DNA of 64,000 bases from contig JAZROG010000056.1 of the NCBI GenBank assembly GCA_045648605.1, forward strand, positions 2,392 through 66,391, read 5' to 3'. This DNA is from Eubacteriales bacterium (lineage in GTDB: Bacteria; Bacillota; Clostridia; Oscillospirales; CAG-272). The translations under genes and the position numbers were made by a program. Under the pieces are notes generated by a model. It worked only from the letters and a program-made list of their open reading frames with translations. It was not told where the DNA came from and did not search any database. Position 1 is the stretch's first letter; every line of letters begins with the position of its first letter. Of the stretch, positions 1-9,470 are shown in pieces.

Positions 1-165
1 GCCTGCATCAAAAAGACTTTCGATACGAGAGCGAGCACAAAAACCGTTCTTTGACCCTGCCGCAGAAGAAGCGTCGATATCTCTGAGCATTTCCTTAAGC
101 TTTTCAGCTGTTGTAGCTCTGACATCCTTCTTCGTAAGGCTTGCGGAATTTAAATTTCCGTCCAT
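1..165 (-). CDS. 5' end of a gene that runs off the window. The N-terminus resembles acyl-CoA carboxyltransferase-domain proteins (partial).
   Basis: ATG at 165-163 follows SD GGAGGT (complement of 173-178). Translation is MDGNLNSASLTKKDVRATTAEKLKEMLRDIDASSAAGSKNGFCARSRIESLFDAG. The ARxRIxxLxD stretch is typical of carboxyltransferase N-termini. Only 55 codons are visible. Confidence 0.4.
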   Translation of the reverse strand, partial: MDGNLNSASLTKKDVRATTAEKLKEMLRDIDASSAAGSKNGFCARSRIESLFDAG

Positions 166-346
166 GTTTTTTACCTCCGTTTATATAACATTTTATTATT
201 TTTTTAATAAATAGTGGATGATAAACCATTCTTCCCCACTATACACAAATTTTATCACAATTCGAACATTTTGTCAAGCAAATTGCAAACTTATTTATCT
301 TTTTACATGTTATTAATTATTTATTAACATAATAAAGAAGAAGAAA

Positions 347-372
347 ATAGTGCCTGCAACAGGCACTATTTT
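347..372 (-). terminator. Rho-independent terminator after the oxidoreductase gene
   Basis: Stem atagtgcct (347-355) pairs with aggcactat (361-369) around a 5-nt loop. On the minus strand it is followed by TTTTCTTCTTC, and it lies 5 nt past the stop at 377. Confidence 0.6.
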
Positions 373-376
373 CATT

Positions 377-1376
377 TTAACATCCGCAAGCTTTGAGAAC
401 TGTTTTATAAAGCTCAAGCTCGTAATCATAGCTTCTCGGGTTTTCCATTTCACCTCTTACCATTTTTCCGAAGCCTCTCATCATGGCATCGTATCTGTTA
501 AAGGGCTCGCAGGTTTCTTCTGTTGCACTTCCGCACCAACCCGTACTCTTGTTTTCTGCCTTTACAGTAATTATTCCGCCTTCAGTGTACCATTCAAGGG
601 GCTTTATCTGAACGGTTTTCTTTGTTCCTGTAACAACAAGCTGGCGTCTCTCAAAGCCCCCGAGCTCAACCGATGCGGTTTTTGCAAAGGAAATACCGTT
701 TTTATATTCAAAAAACAGCCATTCCGAAGTCTTCGCCTTCCGCACCGTCAACGCCCGTAACACGATTAAGAGGAATAATTTTTTCGGGTCTTCCGGCAAT
801 GGTAAGTATCAGGTCAACAAGATGACAGCCAAGGAAGAACATCATACCACCCGGATATTGCTTCAGCCAATCTCGGACAGCCTTTGGATGATAGCAGTTC
901 ATCTGTGCTTCAACGCTTATAATATCCCCAAATTCGCCATTCTTTACCTGCTCAAAAAGTTCCATGATATATGGATTATAGCGGTACATATAACCGAGAT
1001 GAAAAACCTTTTGATTTTTCTTAACGATCTCGATAAGCCTTTCAAAATACGCAAGCTCAATACCACCCGGCTTCTCCATGTGTATATGCTTGCCGTGCTC
1101 TGCAGCCATAAGAGCATATTTAGTCAGATAAAGCTCCTCGGTCTCAATTGCTACTTCTTCAATTGTGTTGTCATTCATTATTTCATCGACGGAGAGCACC
1201 GGATATCCATCAAATTCCTTTGCTTTTTCAATTTTTTTCCTCTCATTTTCGGGAAAAGCGTATCCAACAAATTCAAAAATATCATTATTTTTCAACAAAG
1301 TCTTGAAAATATCATTTCCGTGACTGTTTACACTTGTTCCTATCTTCGCGATTTTGATTTTCTTCATATTTATCAC
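377..1376 (-). pseudogene. Gfo/Idh/MocA family oxidoreductase, split by a +1 frameshift in a T6 run
   Basis: ORF 708-1376 has an N-terminal Rossmann KIAKIGTS and EKP motif. ORF 377-799 supplies the C-terminal domain. The coding strand reads ATG GCT GTT TTT TGA at 722-708. Removing one T from the run (plus-strand A6 at 710-715) gives MAVFEYKNGISFAKT and fuses the two ORFs. Confidence 0.8.
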
Positions 1377-1379
1377 CCA

Positions 1380-2397
1380 TCAAAGCCTTTCCCAATCGAA
1401 CTGCACAAACTGCGGGAATTTTTTATCAAATGCAAGTCTGTCATAGACCTCGCCACACTCTTCGGGAGAATGAACCTCATCTATAAGACATTCAATATCA
1501 AGTCTTCCGAGCGTTATAAGGTCAAGAATAACTCTCATATCATCAAGAGTTGTGAAATATCCGGGATGAGATTCATTTTGGGGACGCGCCATTGTGTGAG
1601 CGCCCACAAGAGTAATGCCGGGACCGTGGACTTTTCTATAATAATCAACTGTAAAATCGCTGCTTCTGGTACAGCCCAAAAGCGCAACTCTTCCAAATCT
1701 CGCCATGCAATCAAGCGCTTGATTTAAGGCCTCGCCAACTCCCGTAACCTCGATAGCAACCTTTACACCTCCTGTAAGTGCCTTGATATCCGAAACAAAA
1801 TTGGGATCATAGGGGTCAAAGGCATAGTCCGCACCGAAGCTCAATGCTTTTTGGCGTCTTTCCTTTACGGGATCAACTGCAATAACGGGTGTTGCACCTG
1901 CCGCGCGGAGAAGTCCGATAGCTAAAATTCCGAGAGGACCGAGTCCCATTACCATTGCACTTTCGCCTATTTCCAGCCTTGTTTTTCTTATAGCGGCTAA
2001 AGGAAATGCTGCAATATGGGCAACAGATGCGGCAGAGGGGCTCACCTTTTCACTTTTTATTTTTACAGCACGGCTTGCGCTAACTACATTATGCAATCTG
2101 TGAGTAGTCCAGCACATTGCAACTCTGTCACCGATCTCAAAATCCTTAATCTCACTTCCCTTTTCAACAACAATACCGGAGGTGCTGTATCCGAGAGTTC
2201 TCGGGAATACCGCAGGTGCGCCGACCTTTACATCTGTGCCTATGGTTGGGTTACCTGTGAGATTTGCTCTTTCTGTGCCATTACTAATAGTGCTGAAAAG
2301 AGTTTTAACTCTTATCTTATCCGGCGCAAGAGCCTGTTCCTTTACATCAAGAAGCTCTGCCTTATTTGCTTCCGTAAAAAACTATCTGCTTATCCAT
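1380..2397 (-). pseudogene. MDR / zinc-type alcohol (polyol) dehydrogenase family, with an N-terminal frameshift in a T6 run
   Basis: ORF 1380-2117 carries GLGPLGILAIG NAD-binding and MDR C-terminal features. The true start is ATG 2397-2395 with SD AAGGAAAAAGGAG. As written the frame stops after 11 codons (MDKQIVFYGSK*). With T5 instead of T6 (plus-strand A6 at 2376-2381) it reads MDKQIVFTEANKAELLDVKEQ and continues in frame. Confidence 0.75.
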
Positions 2398-2503
2398 AGA
2401 AAAAATCTCCTTTTTCCTTATAAGATAATTATAACGTATTAAAATTTCAAAATAAATATGTTATACTGTAATAAAACACCACTATTCTGCACAGAGGACT
2501 ATT

Positions 2504-3261
2504 ATGAACCAAGCAAATTTAATTAAACACTTTGATTTGATTCTGTTAAAGCACCAAAACATTCATTCAAATGGAACCGAATTGTTTTTTTGAGGCCCTG
2601 CTTTGGGTATGTTACCAAGGGATACGGAAAATTTCTTCACAAGGGAAAAACCTATTTTGCTCGTGAGGGCGACCTTATATATATTGCCACAGGAACAAAA
2701 TATCAATCGGTTTGGTTCGGAGAGCCGGATATCGAATGGTATTCCATAACCTTTGATTTTTCATCAAAAAATGCTTTTTCTTCCTATCAGTTTCAAATTT
2801 TGAAAAATTACTCTACCGAGCTTTTTGAAAAAATGTACGAGGCTTATGAAAATGAGCCGCTGCTTTCCGTTTCATATTTTTATATGCTGCTTAATGATAT
2901 TTTTTCAAAGCTCAAGCAGGTAGAAAAAAATCCTTTACAAAACAAGATCGAAAAGGCCATTGATTATATTGAGCAGAACTGTTCGGAGCAAATTCACATT
3001 GAAAAGCTTGCCAATATGTGCTATATGAGCGAATCGGCTTTTTTCAAGACCTTCAAAAAGGCTACGGGGGTAACTCCTATTGCCTATAAACACAATATCA
3101 TGATCCAAAAGGCAATAGAAATGCTTTCGGGGACATCCGCCTCGATTGAAGAAGTCAGTACCCTTTGCGGCTTTGCTTGTTCAAACTATTTCAGAATAAT
3201 CTTTACCAAACTTACAGGTAAAACACCAAAGGAGATAAGAAAAACATTTATAAATGAATAA
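2504..3261 (+). pseudogene. AraC family transcriptional regulator (cupin plus HTH), with a frameshift in a T7 run
   Basis: The C-terminal AraC HTH is HIEKLANMCYMSESAFFKTFKKATGVTPIAYK. ATG 2504 with SD AGAGGA reads 29 codons and then hits TGA inside T7 (2585-2591). T8 would give ELFFLRPCFGYVTKG, continuous with ORF 2590-3261. Confidence 0.7.
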
Positions 3262-3290
3262 AAAAGTGGCTGAAATCAGCCACTTTTTTA
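3262..3290. terminator. Bidirectional terminator between the convergent araC-like and yebC genes
   Basis: AAAAAGTGGCTGA aa TCAGCCACTTTTTT: a 9-bp stem flanked by an A-run and a T-run. Confidence 0.7.
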
Positions 3291-3293
3291 TTA

Positions 3294-4019
3294 TCAATCG
3301 CAATTTTCGCAGTTGTGGAAAACCTCTTGAACGTCGTCGTTATCCTCAAGGTGCTCAAGGAGAAGATTCATCTTCTTGATATCATCCTCATTATCGAGAG
3401 TAACATAATTTGAGGGGATCATGCTCTCCTCTGCGCTCTCAATGGTATATCCTGCGCCCTCGAGAGCCTCACGAACAGCACCAAGGTCATCGGTCTCGGT
3501 GTAGATCTCGAAAACCTCTTCCTCTGCTACAAAGTCGGATGCGCCCGCTTCAAGTGCAGCTTCCATAAGAGCATCCTCGTCAACATCCTCACGCATGATA
3601 ATGATAACGCCCTTTTCCTCGAACATATAGCTAACACAGCCTGTCTGACCAAGATTTCCACCAAATTTATCAAAATAATGGCGAACCTCGGAGGCAGTTC
3701 TGTTTCTGTTATCGGTAGTTGTGTTTACAATAACTGCAACGCCTGCGGGGCCATAGCCCTCATAGCGAAGCTCCTCGTAATCAACATCTGTCTGACCTGC
3801 CGCCTTCTTGATCGTTCTCTCAATATTATCGTTGGGAACGTTATTTGCCTTTGCCTTTGCGATAAGGTCGCGGAGCTTTGAGTTAGAAGCCGGATCGGGA
3901 CCACCTGCCTTGATGGCGATTATCATTTCCTTACCGATCTTTGTAAAAATTTTCGCCTTTTGGGCATCGGTCTTTTCTTTTTTATGCTTGATATTATTCC
4001 ATTTACTATGTCCTGACAT
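3294..4019 (-). CDS. yebC: YebC/PmpR family DNA-binding transcriptional regulator
   Basis: 241 aa starting MSGHSKWNNIKHKKEKTDAQKAKIFTKIGKE, the canonical YebC N-terminus. The ORF is full length. Confidence 0.9.
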   Translation of the reverse strand: MSGHSKWNNIKHKKEKTDAQKAKIFTKIGKEMIIAIKAGGPDPASNSKLRDLIAKAKANNVPNDNIERTIKKAAGQTDVDYEELRYEGYGPAGVAVIVNTTTDNRNRTASEVRHYFDKFGGNLGQTGCVSYMFEEKGVIIIMREDVDEDALMEAALEAGASDFVAEEEVFEIYTETDDLGAVREALEGAGYTIESAEESMIPSNYVTLDNEDDIKKMNLLLEHLEDNDDVQEVFHNCENCD

Positions 4020-4031
4020 CTTTATTACCTC

Positions 4032-5735
4032 TTATATTTTTTCTGTTTTCTTAAGACAAATAAGCGAGAATGCGTTTCCGAGAACGGTGTTTGCCGCCTT
4101 TGTTATTCTTATTCTCGCCCGACGAACCTCATCATCCTCAGCGGATAGAATCTGACAATTATGATAGAACTGATTGAAGGCAACAGCAACATCGAGGATA
4201 TATCTTGTGATAATAGAAGGCTCATATGCTTCGATTGCTTCAATGACCTTTTCCTCGAATTTTGAAAGAACGGAAATAAGTGTTCTCTCCTCTGGAGCTG
4301 TTATCTTGTTTTCACCTGCGGAGATCTCACTCTTCTGAAGGATAGAACAGGTTCTTGCATATGTGTACTGAACATAAGGACCTGTATTTCCGTCAAAGCT
4401 CAGCGCATCCTCCATGATAAAGTTGATATCTCTCATTCTGTTATTGGAGAGATAATAAAAGATTATCGCACCGACGCCAACATCCTCTGCAACCTGCTTT
4501 TTATTTTCAAGATTCGGGTTCTTTTCATCGATTATGTCCGTTACCTTCTCGATAGCCTGTGCAAAAAGGTCGCGAAGAAGGATAACATTACCTGTTCTTG
4601 TTGCAAGCTTTGCTCCGTTGATGGAAACTGTGCCATAGGGAACATGAACAAGCTCGTTAAACCAATCATATCCCATAAGCTCGACCACCTTGAACCACTG
4701 TGCAAAATGGAGGCTCTGACCTGCAGATGTTACATATATCGCTTTATCAAATTTATATTCGTTCTTTCTATATACCGCCGCCGCAATATCACGGGTAGGA
4801 TAGAGAGTTGAGCCGTCGCGCTTAAGAATAAGGCAAGGAGGCATATTGTATTCCTCAAGGTCAACGATGGATGCACCGTCATCGATCTTAAGAAGTCCGC
4901 TGTCACGAAGCTTCTGCACCTGTGCGGGCATCTTATCTGTATAGAAGCTTTCGCCCTTATAGCTATCAAATTCTATGTCGAGAAGCTTATATGTCTGCTT
5001 ATATTCAGCAAGGCTGACGTCAACAAACCAGCGCCAAAGAGCGAGATTTTCCTCGTCTCCCTGCTCAAGCTTTGTAAATTCAGCTCTTGCTTCATCCTCA
5101 AGAGCCTTATCGTTCTCGGCTTCGTTATGGAATTTTACATAAAGCTCAACAAGCTTATCAACTCCGCCTTCTTCAACCTCTTCCTTGCTTCCCCATTTGC
5201 GGTAAGCAACGATGAGCTTTCCAAACTGTGTTCCCCAGTCACCGAGATAGTTGATTCCAACGCAGTCATAGCCTGCAAATTCATGAAGCTTTTTGAGAGA
5301 ATGACCAATAACGGTGGTTCCGAGATGGCCGATATGGAAGGGCTTTGCAACATTGGGTGAGGAATAGTCAAGAACGACCGTCTTTCCATTTCCAAATTCG
5401 GGCGCACCGTATTTTTCTCCCTTTTCAAGCGCAGTCATAACACAATCGGAATAGAATTCATCTCCGATATACATATTGAGATAGCCGTTTACAGCCTCTA
5501 CCTTTGAGAGAAGGTCACACGAGAGAGTTGAAGCAAGGGTCTCGGCAATCTGAACGGGTGAACGGCGCAGTGATTTGCTGAGCTTAAAGCAAGGAAGCGC
5601 AAGGTCTCCCATTGCCGCATCCGGAGGATATTCGAGCATATCCGCAACAGCATCAGCCAAAAGTCCCGATTCGGAATTTATCGCATTTATGCCGCACAGA
5701 AGCTTTTCTGCAAGTATCTTTTTAAGTTTAAGCAT
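4032..5735 (-). CDS. argS: Arginine--tRNA ligase
   Basis: 567 aa with the class I HIGH motif (PFHIGHLGTTVIGHSL) and ArgRS N-terminal and anticodon-binding architecture. Confidence 0.93.
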   Translation of the reverse strand: MLKLKKILAEKLLCGINAINSESGLLADAVADMLEYPPDAAMGDLALPCFKLSKSLRRSPVQIAETLASTLSCDLLSKVEAVNGYLNMYIGDEFYSDCVMTALEKGEKYGAPEFGNGKTVVLDYSSPNVAKPFHIGHLGTTVIGHSLKKLHEFAGYDCVGINYLGDWGTQFGKLIVAYRKWGSKEEVEEGGVDKLVELYVKFHNEAENDKALEDEARAEFTKLEQGDEENLALWRWFVDVSLAEYKQTYKLLDIEFDSYKGESFYTDKMPAQVQKLRDSGLLKIDDGASIVDLEEYNMPPCLILKRDGSTLYPTRDIAAAVYRKNEYKFDKAIYVTSAGQSLHFAQWFKVVELMGYDWFNELVHVPYGTVSINGAKLATRTGNVILLRDLFAQAIEKVTDIIDEKNPNLENKKQVAEDVGVGAIIFYYLSNNRMRDINFIMEDALSFDGNTGPYVQYTYARTCSILQKSEISAGENKITAPEERTLISVLSKFEEKVIEAIEAYEPSIITRYILDVAVAFNQFYHNCQILSAEDDEVRRARIRITKAANTVLGNAFSLICLKKTEKI

Positions 5736-5783
5736 ATTTGTCCTTTCAAAACGATTTATTACGCTATTTTTTCACAATTTATT

Positions 5784-5812
5784 ATTATACTACTTTATTT
5801 CGGATTTTTCAA
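5784..5812 (-). promoter_or_regulatory. Sigma-A type promoter of argS
   Basis: The minus strand reads TTGAAA (5812-5807), a 17-nt spacer, then TATAAT (5789-5784), about 50 nt upstream of the argS ATG. Confidence 0.6.
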
Positions 5813-5822
5813 GTGTTTTTTA

Positions 5823-5951
5823 TTATTTTCTCCTTCTTCCCGAAAAAACAAGGAAGATAACAACAACAAGACAAGCTACCCCGATCGCGCCAACAAGGAT
5901 CGGATTGAAGCCGTCACCGGTGGCAGGACTTTGAATTATCATATCAAGCAT
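5823..5951 (-). CDS. Unannotated 42-codon ORF encoding only a sortase-type sorting signal (SPATG, hydrophobic span, RRRK)
   Basis: Translation is MLDMIIQSPATGDGFNPILVGAIGVACLVVVIFLVFSGRRRK*. SD GAGGTG (5964-5959) sits 7 nt before ATG 5951. The ORF overlaps the ybaK stop by 8 nt. It is below the 60-aa cutoff of the ORF track. Confidence 0.4.
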   Translation of the reverse strand: MLDMIIQSPATGDGFNPILVGAIGVACLVVVIFLVFSGRRRK

Positions 5952-6426
5952 CTCTTGTCACCTCGCAAATTTTTGCATCCACAAAAGGAATAAGCTCCTC
6001 GGGTGACAGAAGAAGCTGCGCACCCTTCATACCGCCGCTGACAGTTATTTTTTCAAAATTTTTCGCACTTTTATCGATATATGTTGGGAATTTCTTTTTC
6101 ATTCCCACAGGCGAGCAAGCACCTCTCACATATCCCGTAAGTCCAAGCAGATCCTTAACATGCACCATTTCGATTTTCTTATTTCCTGTAACCGAAGCCG
6201 CTTTTTTCAGATCTATTTCGCAGCATGAGGGAATACAAAAAACAACATATCCTGTTTTATCCCCATGTGCCACAAGAGTTTTGAAAACCATTTCGGGTGC
6301 AAGACCTATCTGCGCGGCAATGTGGGTTCCCGTAAGATCATTTTCATCGGGGACATATTCCATTATCTCATATTTTATCTTTGCAGCATCAAGGATGCGC
6401 ATTGCATTGGTCTTATTCTTTATCAT
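5944..6426 (-). CDS. ybaK: Cys-tRNA(Pro)/Cys-tRNA(Cys) deacylase YbaK
   Basis: 160 aa with YbaK/EbsC-type sequence (NAMRILDAAKIKYE, GYVRGACSPVGMKK). ATGA overlap with the recN stop. Confidence 0.85.
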   Translation of the reverse strand: MIKNKTNAMRILDAAKIKYEIMEYVPDENDLTGTHIAAQIGLAPEMVFKTLVAHGDKTGYVVFCIPSCCEIDLKKAASVTGNKKIEMVHVKDLLGLTGYVRGACSPVGMKKKFPTYIDKSAKNFEKITVSGGMKGAQLLLSPEELIPFVDAKICEVTRDA

Positions 6427-8102
6427 AAAAGAGTTTCCCCTTCTTTTATCATTTCGAGAGCCGCTTTTCTTTGAGTATCAGTAACCTCGATACCTCCGAG
6501 AATTCTGGCGCTTTCTTCTATTCTTCCTGTGCTGTCAAGAGGAATAAGCTCGGTAAAGGCTCTGCCTTCGTTTTCGGTTTTGACGATCTTCAAATGATTA
6601 TCCGCAAGCGTTGCTATCTGTGCGCTATGGGTAACACAAATGACCTGGATTCCCTTTGAAATCGATTTAAGCTTAATTCCAACCTTTCGGGATGTACCGC
6701 CCGAGATTCCCGTATCTATCTCGTCGAAAATAAGAGTATCAACAGAATCCTTATCCGCAAGAACGCTCTTCATTGCAAGCATTATTCTTGAAAGCTCACC
6801 GCCCGAAGCAATTTTTATCATGCTCTTCAGTGGCTCGCCTGCGTTTGTTGCAACGAGAAATTCAACATCGTCAAAGCCGTTTGCTCTCGGCTCTGACGGC
6901 GCTATACTTACATCAAAGCGTACCTTTGGCATATCAAGGAACACAAGAACATCCATAATTCTGTCTCGCAAAACAGCTGCTGCTCTCTGCCTTGTTTTTC
7001 TCAAGTCCTCTGCTTTTTCGGTCATTTCCGCCTTTATTTTCGAAAGCTTTTCTTTATATTCGGCAATCTTGTCGTCCGACTGCTCAATCATATCAAGCTT
7101 TTCGGCAATTTCATTTCTGAAATCAAGAATTTCGGTTATAGTTGAGCCATATTTTCTTTTCAGCTTTGCAATGGCATCAAGTCTTCCTTCGATTTTATTG
7201 AGTCTTGCTGTTGGGTCGCCCTCAAAGCCGTCAGAAGAAAATCCCTCAACGGTAAGTGCGATATCCTCTATCTCATATCTGTAATTTTTCAGCTTTTCCG
7301 CAAGCTCCGACGCCTCCGGAATAACATCGGAAATCGACAGCACCGACTGCGCCGCCCTATCAAGAAGATATGTCACAGACGCGCTCTTTTCGCTTGAATG
7401 GAGAATACGGTATGCAAAGGCTGTCTGCTTTTGTATCTTTTCAAGATTACGAAGCCTTGCACATTCGGCTTCAAGAGCATCCTCCTCGCCCACTTTCAGA
7501 CGCAGGACGTCTATTTCGCCTATCTGAAAGCGGTATATCTCAATAAGTCGGTTCTTCTCCTTATCTCCGCTTTCAAGATTTTCCAGCTTTTCCTTTATGT
7601 CGGTATATTCACCATAGCATTTTTTATAAGCCTCAAGCGCGCCGCTGTTTTCGGCAAAGGAATCAAGCAGAGATATATGGCTCGATTTCGTAAGGAACAG
7701 CAAGCTGTCATTTTGTCCGTGAATATTGATAAGAGATGATGCTATCTCCTTTTGGATAGAGGCAGTTATAGCTCTTCCATTCAGCTTAACGGAGGATTTT
7801 CCATCATCAGTTATGCTCTTTTGGAGCATGATAGCCCCATCATCCGCATCAAAGCCAAGCTCCGTAAGCCTTTCAAGAGCAGAAGGTGAAAGGTCAGTAA
7901 ATACACCGCATACCGTTGCCTTTTTTTCGCCCGTTCTTATAAGCTCGCGCTGTATCTTGCCGCCCATCAGCATATTTATGCTGTCGATAATTATCGATTT
8001 TCCCGCGCCTGTTTCACCTGTTAGCGCAGTAAATCCCCCCGACAGATCAACATCGAGGCTTTTTATAACGGCAATATTCTCAATATGAAGTGAAGAAAGC
8101 AT
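6423..8102 (-). CDS. recN: DNA repair protein RecN
   Basis: 559 aa. N-terminal Walker A is LTGETGAGKSIIID, followed by a long coiled-coil middle and a C-terminal SMC signature (ASGGELSRIMLA, LIFDEIDTG). Confidence 0.93.
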   Translation of the reverse strand: MLSSLHIENIAVIKSLDVDLSGGFTALTGETGAGKSIIIDSINMLMGGKIQRELIRTGEKKATVCGVFTDLSPSALERLTELGFDADDGAIMLQKSITDDGKSSVKLNGRAITASIQKEIASSLINIHGQNDSLLFLTKSSHISLLDSFAENSGALEAYKKCYGEYTDIKEKLENLESGDKEKNRLIEIYRFQIGEIDVLRLKVGEEDALEAECARLRNLEKIQKQTAFAYRILHSSEKSASVTYLLDRAAQSVLSISDVIPEASELAEKLKNYRYEIEDIALTVEGFSSDGFEGDPTARLNKIEGRLDAIAKLKRKYGSTITEILDFRNEIAEKLDMIEQSDDKIAEYKEKLSKIKAEMTEKAEDLRKTRQRAAAVLRDRIMDVLVFLDMPKVRFDVSIAPSEPRANGFDDVEFLVATNAGEPLKSMIKIASGGELSRIMLAMKSVLADKDSVDTLIFDEIDTGISGGTSRKVGIKLKSISKGIQVICVTHSAQIATLADNHLKIVKTENEGRAFTELIPLDSTGRIEESARILGGIEVTDTQRKAALEMIKEGETLL

Positions 8103-8111
8103 TTTTGCTCC

Positions 8112-8570
8112 TTAGAAAACACGCATTATTGTTTTTACCTGGTCACATATACCGTTTGCTATCTCTTTTGCACGTGTTACGATAAGGATGGTATCATCTC
8201 CCGCAACGCTGCCGAGAATATCCGAATGTCTGATATTATCGATACCGATCGCAACTGCATTTGCCATTCCGGGATATGTTCTTACAACAACGATATTTTC
8301 GCCCACCTCAACACTGATGATCGAAGCGGCAAAAGCGGCATTGAAATCGGCACCGCTTACATTCTCACCGGAAATCGGGCGAATATAACGGTATTTACCC
8401 TTATTTGTCTGGGTCTTTGTAAGCTTCAACTCCTTGATATCTCTTGAAGCGGTTGCCTGTGTTACATCAAAGCCCTCTGTTTTCAGCTTTTCAATAAGCT
8501 CGTCCTGTGTTTCGATCTCATATCTTAAGATCAGCTCCAAAATTTTTTCCTGTCTTGCAGATTTCATCAT
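8112..8570 (-). CDS. argR: Arginine repressor
   Basis: 152 aa with winged-helix N-terminus RQEKILELI, QDELIEKLKTEGFDVTQATASRDIKEL and C-terminal GTVAGDDTILIV-type motif. Confidence 0.9.
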   Translation of the reverse strand: MMKSARQEKILELILRYEIETQDELIEKLKTEGFDVTQATASRDIKELKLTKTQTNKGKYRYIRPISGENVSGADFNAAFAASIISVEVGENIVVVRTYPGMANAVAIGIDNIRHSDILGSVAGDDTILIVTRAKEIANGICDQVKTIMRVF

Positions 8571-8593
8571 AATTTATATCCTTTCAATTATAG

Positions 8594-9469
8594 TCATATG
8601 TGCATTTTTGAATGAAGCGTATTATAAAAACCGCGTTCCTTCAATTTTATAAGCTTTGCAACCGATTCGGAGCGCTTTATCCTTACCGAATCGCCCTTAT
8701 ATATCTCAAAATTGACCTTTCCGTCAAGGGTGAGATAAAGGTTCTTTTCCCTCTCGCATATATTGCGCACGGAGAGCACCGCATCATCCGAAAAAATGAT
8801 AGGTCTCGCCGCAAGATTATGAGAGCAAATGGGTGTTACGCATATACACTTCATCTTGGGGTCAATGACGGGTCCACCCGCCGACATCGAATATGCGGTT
8901 GAGCCTGTTGGGGTTGAAAAAATGAGTCCGTCTGCCCTATAAGATGTAACGACGGTCTCCCCCTCCGAAAGCTCAAGATCAACCATTCTTGCTATAGAAC
9001 CGTTAGAGATAACGGCATCGTTGAGAGCCGAAGCGCGGTTTACAAGCTGCTTTCCTTTTCTGTAAACAGAAACATCAAGCATCGACCGCTCCTCAATTCT
9101 GTAATCATCCTCAAAGAGCTTTGACAGCATATCTATCTCGTCCGCTTCCATCTCTGCCATATAGCCAAGTCTGCCGAGATTTATTCCGAGTATCGGTATT
9201 CCCGAGGAAAGGCAATATCTCGCGGCAGAAAGTATTGAGCCATCACCGCCGAGAACGATTATAACATCCATTTCTCGGTACAAAGAAGAATTAGGTACAA
9301 ATTTAAGCTTTGATGAAAGTGCTTCATTACGCTTGATTTTGTCCATCATAAGCTCACTTACAAATATCTCCGAGGGATATTCCGAAAGAAATTCGCAGAC
9401 CCTTGCCGCGGCTTCCGACTTTTCTCTTATATTGAAATTAGTAACCAGTCCAATCTTTTTTATGTTCAT
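8594..9469 (-). CDS. nadK: NAD(+) kinase
   Basis: 291 aa with GGDGS and NxGxLGY motifs (VLGGDGSILSAAR, LGINLGRLGYMAE). Confidence 0.9.
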   Translation of the reverse strand: MNIKKIGLVTNFNIREKSEAAARVCEFLSEYPSEIFVSELMMDKIKRNEALSSKLKFVPNSSLYREMDVIIVLGGDGSILSAARYCLSSGIPILGINLGRLGYMAEMEADEIDMLSKLFEDDYRIEERSMLDVSVYRKGKQLVNRASALNDAVISNGSIARMVDLELSEGETVVTSYRADGLIFSTPTGSTAYSMSAGGPVIDPKMKCICVTPICSHNLAARPIIFSDDAVLSVRNICEREKNLYLTLDGKVNFEIYKGDSVRIKRSESVAKLIKLKERGFYNTLHSKMHI

Positions 9470-9470
9470 C

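Noticed and set aside
306-330. The AT-only near-palindrome atgttattaattatttattaacat upstream of the partial carboxyltransferase gene.
   Set aside because: The arms are imperfect (two mismatches in 10) and consist purely of A/T in an AT-rich intergenic region. This is not distinguishable from chance.
822-1727. A 301-aa plus-strand ORF antisense to the oxidoreductase and dehydrogenase genes. Similar long antisense ORFs occur at 26487-27191, 40060-40602, 42456-43109, 46716-47504 and 30961-31449.
   Set aside because: These are shadow ORFs on the opposite strand of confidently identified genes. Their translations are low-complexity or Cys/Phe/Ile-rich with no recognisable domains, and none has a start-proximal SD.
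5801-5816. Similar promoter cores upstream of argS (CACTTGAAAAATCCGAAA) and the isomerase gene (CACTTTGAAAAATTCGGAAA at 17929-17945, complement).
   Set aside because: The similarity is essentially the -35 hexamer TTGAAA plus an A-rich spacer start. It is not exact, since one copy has an extra base, and it is explained by ordinary promoter consensus.
5736-5822. A T-box riboswitch upstream of argS.
   Set aside because: The promoter-to-ATG distance is only about 50 nt and AT-rich. There is no specifier loop, T-box sequence or terminator/antiterminator.
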